DNA of 64,000 nucleotides from Myxococcota bacterium (GTDB taxonomy: Bacteria; Myxococcota; UBA727; JAHDBA01), in NCBI GenBank assembly GCA_020630615.1, contig JAHDBA010000001.1:155881-219880 (forward strand), written 5' to 3'. The translations under genes were made by a program, and so were the position numbers. The notes under the pieces were generated by a model that saw only the letters and a list, made by a program, of their open reading frames with translations, was not told the origin of the DNA and ran no database searches. Below are positions 58,175 through 64,000 of this stretch, in pieces. Position 1 is the first letter of the stretch. Each line of letters opens with the position of its first letter.

Positions 58175-60946
58175 ATGGCTGATATCACGAATATGAACAA
58201 ACTCAACATATCCCGTGGCTTCGAGTTCTATCCATCCAAGTTGGAATGGGACGGTAATGGGCCTCGTCAGACCGATGCCTGGCTCGAAGCGGCTGCGCGC
58301 ACTTGCGAAGCCAATGGAATTAAGATCACGCTTGGACAAGGTCTCGACAGTTTAGTTTTGACACCAGATCGGATTCGATTCGATCTCGCGACCTATGATC
58401 CAAACACAAACAGTCAAAACGAATTGCACAAAATTTTGAGGAATGTCGGCGGAGATTCTTTTGATGGTTTATTCCAGATTCTTGATGACATTTTGAAAGA
58501 TGCAGGTCACCACAACGGGAAGCATTTTGACCTGCGCTATGATATGCCTCTGGCGAAGCTTTTGAGACTTGGTGATGGAAATATTGATACTTACGGACCC
58601 AGCACGACAGCGACTACAAATCAATTGGTCGAATACGGTATCGTACAGGGCTTGAATGTTGACTCTCGGAGAAGAAGGGCGAACGGCGGAAGGGTACCAC
58701 GGAACTTTTCCGAGAGTGAGGCGGTATCACATATTGGTGGTTTAAACTCACGCCAGCGCGCGTCTCTTATGAATTTAGAAAGAGGCGGCAGGCGGGTTGT
58801 CGACAGAATGCGTAATATCACTGAATATGGATTTTTCCATCTCGACCATACGAATCCTGAAGAGATAGATTGGTCTCGTCGCGCCCATGAGACGAGAATG
58901 CAATCTCCTTATTACACACTCGCAGTTGAAGCGGGCCGCGTCGAAATTGACGAGAATGATGGACGTTGGGAGCCTGATTATGGAACAGATCTTAACGAAG
59001 ACGTTTATTACCGTGCCTTTCTACAAGGCCAGCCCAATGTTGATCTGCTAAAGAAGAATAATATTAGTTTTAGACATCGAATACGAAGAGACAATGCAGA
59101 CCAAATACGACGCGTGATGTTTCAGATGAAGCATCAACAAGGTGTCACGAAAGATGGTGACAAACTCGCGCAAAAAATAGATCAGCGAATCGACGGTTGG
59201 AGTGTTGAAAGTGGAGATGAGGAGGGAATTTTTGGTGACCGTGCTCATCATCAACTACAACGTATGGTTCAATCCGGTGAGCTTGCCAATGGTGACATGA
59301 TGGTTACGACCGAGAGTCTGCTGAATACACTCGTTACATCGGGTGCACTTGATATCAGCTCTACTGATGTTTCGATGTTAGAAATGGAGCCTGCCGCACT
59401 CGTTCAATCCAAACGAAGTCGTTTTCATCAACGAGAGCTTAACCTTAATCACACCACTGCGTTACGTGACTATGCGACGAAACGACTTTCAAGTTTTATT
59501 GAGCGACTTGGCAATGATTCTACAATACCAACCGATATTGCTGACAAACTTATTCTAAGCTGTGAATCAGCGTTAGATCTAAGCCATTTGGCAAAGGAAT
59601 TTCTATCAACACTCGACAACCAGCATGAATATGAGGAAGCAAAGCGACTGGGGCAGAAACTTTTTGTGTATGAGGAAGATCCTACGCCGGCGCCTGACTT
59701 ATCACAGAGCCCGCTCGTAGAACAACAGGATCGTTCAACAGCACGTCTTAAGTTAAAGGCAGCCGACTTCTACGCCATGGAAATGAGTGTATTACACGAC
59801 AACATACGTTCGCTTCGCGATGAGTTGAGCGGTGCAAATGAGCATGACCAATACCTTGGTGATGCATATATTGATTACTGTCGAGAAGGTATTGCATCCA
59901 CGAAAAACGCGTTGGCCATACTTGAGAAGCTTGAGTCGACCGGCGATCCCAATGCAAGAGTAGATGCAATCACTTCGATGTTAGAGGATTTTGCACTTTA
60001 TCTCGAGGCTGAAGAGAGCGATGCGAGCCTTGTTGGGCTGAGTAGAGATCGTCTGCTGAGAAGTTTCCAGGCAATTCGACGGGGGGTCCAGCACGCCGAT
60101 CTAGCCACATTGGCGCGACAAGTTGAGACCAGTGGAATGATGATACAAAGTCAAGCATTTGAGTGCCTTCGGGCGAGTTACGGTATTCCAAAAATCCCTC
60201 GACCCTCTTTTGGTGCGACGGCGGGGGATGCCAATATTATAACATTTGACCAAGTGCGCTATTTTGAACCTGAACAATGGGCAGCTATGAGCGAAAGCGA
60301 ACGTTCTTGGGAAGAGGGTGTTTTCTCCGTCGAGCCTTATCACGCAGACGTTGTTATTGAATGTCAGGTTGAATGGGATGTCATCCAAAGTTATCGTAGG
60401 GAAGAGCACCACCAAGATCTTCTTTTCGCATGCTTATATCAGGCTGCTGCTAAAGTTTTGTCTGAGCAGCACGAGAAAGGTTTGCCGTTGAACATTTCAT
60501 CTTCAGCACTAAGTACTTTAATGGAACATAATGTAGATTCACTTCATCATAAACTGAAAAACCAGTGGAATCCCGAGAGTGCAAGTACATGGGATGATGA
60601 GAATGAAAAGGCTCTACAGATCCTTGGAAATCCAGAAATCAAAGAAACCTTTGATCAATGGCTCATTGAAAATCTACCGCATCGTGTCACAGATCTAGAA
60701 AGCACTTCTATCGACCCAAAGATTGCCAACTTTCGTTCAGAGCATGCCAGGAACTTAGAGGCATTTGTAGCCGACGATAAGATGGTAGACTTTATGCTGA
60801 AGGAAGTCATAGAATCGACACGGTTGATGACACGCATGGCAGAGCGAAAGATTGAACGTGAACTTGAGCGTGCTGGTTTCGACCAAGCTGAGTGGTCACC
60901 TAGTGTTTCGAGTAAAGGTGAGACCGCAATCAATGAGCTTGAATAA
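58175..60946 (+). CDS. Large (~920 aa) acidic hypothetical protein, no signal peptide/TM, no recognised domain
   Basis: Long ORF immediately downstream of ssrA and inside the region bounded by the tmRNA 3' duplicate. Confidence 0.6.
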   Translation: MADITNMNKLNISRGFEFYPSKLEWDGNGPRQTDAWLEAAARTCEANGIKITLGQGLDSLVLTPDRIRFDLATYDPNTNSQNELHKILRNVGGDSFDGLFQILDDILKDAGHHNGKHFDLRYDMPLAKLLRLGDGNIDTYGPSTTATTNQLVEYGIVQGLNVDSRRRRANGGRVPRNFSESEAVSHIGGLNSRQRASLMNLERGGRRVVDRMRNITEYGFFHLDHTNPEEIDWSRRAHETRMQSPYYTLAVEAGRVEIDENDGRWEPDYGTDLNEDVYYRAFLQGQPNVDLLKKNNISFRHRIRRDNADQIRRVMFQMKHQQGVTKDGDKLAQKIDQRIDGWSVESGDEEGIFGDRAHHQLQRMVQSGELANGDMMVTTESLLNTLVTSGALDISSTDVSMLEMEPAALVQSKRSRFHQRELNLNHTTALRDYATKRLSSFIERLGNDSTIPTDIADKLILSCESALDLSHLAKEFLSTLDNQHEYEEAKRLGQKLFVYEEDPTPAPDLSQSPLVEQQDRSTARLKLKAADFYAMEMSVLHDNIRSLRDELSGANEHDQYLGDAYIDYCREGIASTKNALAILEKLESTGDPNARVDAITSMLEDFALYLEAEESDASLVGLSRDRLLRSFQAIRRGVQHADLATLARQVETSGMMIQSQAFECLRASYGIPKIPRPSFGATAGDANIITFDQVRYFEPEQWAAMSESERSWEEGVFSVEPYHADVVIECQVEWDVIQSYRREEHHQDLLFACLYQAAAKVLSEQHEKGLPLNISSSALSTLMEHNVDSLHHKLKNQWNPESASTWDDENEKALQILGNPEIKETFDQWLIENLPHRVTDLESTSIDPKIANFRSEHARNLEAFVADDKMVDFMLKEVIESTRLMTRMAERKIERELERAGFDQAEWSPSVSSKGETAINELE

Positions 60947-61433
60947 ACTATCAAGTCTACAAACGAAATGGCTTGGTGGAGTTGAGACAACGCTCACAGA
61001 TTTGACGCGCATCATAACAAATATTTGATGAAACTATTTTTCACGAGAAACCATATGCGGACACTTCGCTTTTAGAGCATCGGTCGCAGTCAAAATATGT
61101 TTTTCGTCGTAAACATAGATTCTATGCCTCGCCTAGGCCTTTGAACTGATGAAGCAGTTTACAGTTGTATAGTCGGTCAATTATTTTTGGTGGCTTATTG
61201 AGCCGACGAAGATACCAAGCGACTGAAAGGCAAGCTGTTTGGCTAATGCACTGTCATCAACCTCAAATAAGATATGCAGAAAAAACTTTTGCTACGGATA
61301 TTCGTATAATGGTCGCATCTGGCCCAGATGTGTTTTTCCATGCTGCTTTTGCTGTCGCCAAGTGAGCAAACACCCCTTTAAAGTGAATGTCTCGAGTATC
61401 GATAGTCTGCATGTTGGCAGGTTCTAAAAAATA

Positions 61434-61697
61434 TCATTGGGGAAGGTGGTATTGCGCTAAAAGGCTTTTAATATCTTCTTGCAGATGCAAGAGATCTGCC
61501 TTCTTGAGACCGTTGTAAATACCGCGAATATGGCCTGCCGGATCAATAAGTACGAAATTTTCGGTGTGGAGAAAATCGTTTGGGTCTTTCTTAAGACCGA
61601 GGTCTTCCTCGATAAAGTATGACTGGCGCCCGAGGGCGTAAATATCTTCACCTGGTCCCCTCTTACGTGTGTTTAAACTATTATATCGGTGCGTTTC
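61434..61697 (-). pseudogene. SCO1/SenC-family (thioredoxin-like copper chaperone) C-terminal remnant without start codon
   Basis: Open frame …EDLGLKKDPNDFLHTENFVLIDPAGHIRGIYNGLKKADLLHLQEDIKSLLAQYHLPQ* matches the conserved SCO1 C-terminus; no ATG/GTG/TTG; the N-terminal part is absent. Confidence 0.5.
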
Positions 61698-61778
61698 TTA
61701 ATGACGATTTCTCAGAGGAAGGTAGAGTCCAAGTAGAAAGTGTGGGGTAGTTCACCCCAAATCAAGCAGGACGTGTTC

Positions 61779-62612
61779 ATGAATGAAATTGTTAACAAAG
61801 CACTTTTTACTATTTCCGGGACTGCCGTTACGATCTCCACAGTGATTGCGGTATTCTGTATCATAATGACGACTCTGCTGGTGCGTCATATCGTTTCAAG
61901 AGCGATAGAGAGAACTTTTAGCCACATTGGCACGATGCGAGATGGTGCATTGCGATCTGTGCAAAAACTGATCGGCTATGGGATTTTTCTGCTTGGTCTA
62001 TTGGTAGCCCTTAGTACACTAGGTGTTGATATAAGTGCTCTTTTTGCAGCCGGTGCATTTTTTGCGGTGGCGATCGGTTTTGCGATGCAAAATATCACGC
62101 AGAATTTTGTGAGTGGAGTTATTCTTTTAGTTGAGCGAGCGATTACACCTGGAGATGTCATCGAGTTGGATGGTCAGGTGTTGAGGGTTCAATCCATGGG
62201 GATTCGCTCGACGATTGCTAGAACATTTGATGAAGATGAAGTCATTATCCCCAACTCAAACATTGTTCAGGTTGCGGTTAAGAATCGAACACTCTCAGAT
62301 ACTATTGCACGGGTGAAAACATCGGTAAGTGTCGGATATGATTCCGATTTAAACCATGTTCGTGACACCTTGATGACATGTGCAAAGAGCTTCCCTTTTC
62401 GACGCCAGGACCGTGACCCGGTGATTGTATTGAATGAGTTAGGAGATAGCGCACTAGTATTCGATATCGCGATATGGACCTCGATGCCCGGTGAACGCTA
62501 CATCCACCGTGGTGAACTCAATGTGCAAATCATCGACTCTCTTCGCTCCGCCGGGATCGAAATACCGTTCCCGCAAAGAGTTATTCACAATGTGAACACG
62601 ATGTCCGAGTAA
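61779..62612 (+). CDS. MscS-family mechanosensitive channel, diverged paralog of 55943-56929
   Basis: …FAVAIGFAMQNITQNFVSGVILLVERAITPGDVIELDG…; roughly half the residues identical to the first MscS. Confidence 0.7.
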   Translation: MNEIVNKALFTISGTAVTISTVIAVFCIIMTTLLVRHIVSRAIERTFSHIGTMRDGALRSVQKLIGYGIFLLGLLVALSTLGVDISALFAAGAFFAVAIGFAMQNITQNFVSGVILLVERAITPGDVIELDGQVLRVQSMGIRSTIARTFDEDEVIIPNSNIVQVAVKNRTLSDTIARVKTSVSVGYDSDLNHVRDTLMTCAKSFPFRRQDRDPVIVLNELGDSALVFDIAIWTSMPGERYIHRGELNVQIIDSLRSAGIEIPFPQRVIHNVNTMSE

Positions 62613-62858
62613 TATGCTCCATCACCCGCTGCTAGGTTGGCTACAGCTACATTTTTGTTGAAGCCGAGTGATGTTTAATTTGGGAGATGTTACGAACGTC
62701 CAATCTTTGAGAAGCAAACCAGATCGAAGGCCGTGTAGAATCGATTGAAGACGTTGGTGCTGATACATAAGTGGTCTGAAGCTCTTTTCACATGTGAGGC
62801 CGTCTCTGAAAGGGTATCGTCAGAAACATAGTGCTCACCAGTAGAATGTTCATCCTCA

Positions 62859-63042
62859 TCCAACGTGAAAAGCCCGCGTGTAGCGAGCTTCACACCCTCA
62901 CGGGGTACCAACCAAATGTGAGTCATCTTAAGAGGCCCCTGTTTGTGGGCGCGCATTTAGAAAATTAAATCACAAAATAAACATGTAGATGCTTATGTTG
63001 GACGACTTTCGGACGCGGGTTCGACTCCCGCCGCCTCCACCA
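62859..63042 (+). repeat. Direct repeat: ~80-bp copy of the segment found 150 bp upstream of ssrA, fused to a copy of the last ~105 nt of tmRNA (ends …CCACCA)
   Basis: 62859-62937 matches 57412-57490; 62938-63042 matches 57902-58006 almost base for base; the tmRNA 5' two-thirds (tag ORF, PK1-3) is absent. Confidence 0.85.
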
Positions 63043-63199
63043 TTTCGCGCAGCGGCGCTGATGTATCAAGTTCACCTGCACCAAGACATCACAATCTAAT
63101 TTCGCTGCCAAAAAAAGTTGGAAAAGGCGCATCGAAAACCTGAACACGACAACCGCTATTCTTATAGTCATCAACGTAAACAAGAGTTGTTACGATAAG

Positions 63200-64000
63200 T
63201 TAAACCAGCCGGCCAATATGGGCAACGCGTGCACCGGCATAACCGACCGGGTTCACAGACTTCCCGATAACAATACCATCTTCAGGTGCCTGGATACGCT
63301 GAACAACATCACCAAAAATATTTCGTACGATGCCGATTTCATCACCTTGTTGGACGATTTCACGAAGCTTCGGAATAACGCTTAATATCCCGCCATGGTT
63401 TGTGAAGACCCAAAATGAGCTTCCGCATACATTTGGCTTCTTCTTTTCTTCAAAAGGGCGACCTTTGATCATCTTCATCTCATACATCACCGCTTTGATC
63501 CCTTGCACAGACTTCTTAATGAACTCCGGCTGAAAAAGCTGCGGATCGCCAATTTCTAAAGTCACTGATGGAATTCCTATGTTTGCGGCTTCGCCACGCA
63601 GTGAACCATCACGTGCTTCTTTGTGAACGATGATTTGAGGTCGAAGTCGTCGAGCCATCATTGCACTGCGACATTCCTCCATATCCGCACGAGCATAGAG
63701 TGAATTGATTCTACCTCGACTTGCAGTGTGTAGATCGATAAGCGCATCAAACTTTGCAAGAAGACGATCGTGTATTCGTGCGGCATAGGTTTGCGACACA
63801 TTTCCATACTCATCGCCTGGCATGATGGTATTAAGATCTGTGCTGTCCGGAAAGCGTCTTTTTTGTAGAATGAAGCCAGGCACATTCGTCACAAGTGCAG
63901 CAATAATGGTCCCGCTTAAACGAGTAGGTTCAAGATCTGAGGATAGGCGATGAATCACAGGAATGCCATTGATCTCATTGCCATGTAAAGCTGCTGTGAT
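63200..64000 (-). CDS. Succinylglutamate desuccinylase/aspartoacylase (AstE/AspA) family protein; 5' end beyond window
   Basis: Frame stays open to the window end (…ITAALHGNEINGIPV…); family-typical zinc-ligand region. Confidence 0.65.
   Translation of the reverse strand: MTAALHGNEINGIPVIHRLSSDLEPTRLSGTIIAALVTNVPGFILQKRRFPDSTDLNTIMPGDEYGNVSQTYAARIHDRLLAKFDALIDLHTASRGRINSLYARADMEECRSAMMARRLRPQIIVHKEARDGSLRGEAANIGIPSVTLEIGDPQLFQPEFIKKSVQGIKAVMYEMKMIKGRPFEEKKKPNVCGSSFWVFTNHGGILSVIPKLREIVQQGDEIGIVRNIFGDVVQRIQAPEDGIVIGKSVNPVGYAGARVAHIGRLV

Noticed and set aside
62859-63042. Second tmRNA gene
   Set aside because: Only the 3' ~105 nt (pseudoknot 4 / T-arm / acceptor 3' strand) are present. The 5' acceptor strand, tag ORF and PK1-3 are missing, so it is a repeat or scar, not a functional tmRNA.

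Overview
This 64-kb window looks like a moderate-GC chromosomal segment from a deltaproteobacteria-like organism (Bdellovibrionota- or Myxococcota-like). Supporting traits: TSP3 calcium-binding repeats, a Hanks-type Ser/Thr kinase, a subtilisin with a MYXO-CTERM-like tail, and a tmRNA tag reading ANDNVELAMAA. Most of the window is dense housekeeping on both strands: prfA, secG followed by tRNA-Leu(GAG), pckA, galU, ribA, orn, and the rnhA-folK-mgtE operon. There is also a glycan/polysaccharide biosynthesis cluster and a sulP transporter. Accessory content worth a second look: (1) a four-gene bufferin-like MNIO RiPP operon at 11807-14477. (2) Two adjacent secreted proteins at 6028-9020 built from a distinctive CxDGxDNDGNGxxDCxDxxC repeat. 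(3) A type-I-secretion-like ABC/HlyD/TolC operon at 46753-51167 whose ABC component has a degenerate nucleotide-binding domain and whose TolC gene is frameshifted. (4) An intact tmRNA (ssrA) at 57636-58006 whose 3' ~105 nt, plus an ~80-bp upstream segment, are repeated about 4.9 kb downstream. The repeats bracket an orphan 934-aa protein, a SCO1/SenC remnant and a second MscS paralog. (5) A near-consensus sigma-54 promoter between an atypical NtrC-type activator and mscS. (6) A ktrB/trkH-like gene split by an in-frame TAG, plus several gene remnants and tandem paralog pairs. No CRISPR array, rRNA or classical transposase/integrase gene was seen. All calls rest on reading the sequence and recalled family signatures; no database search was run.
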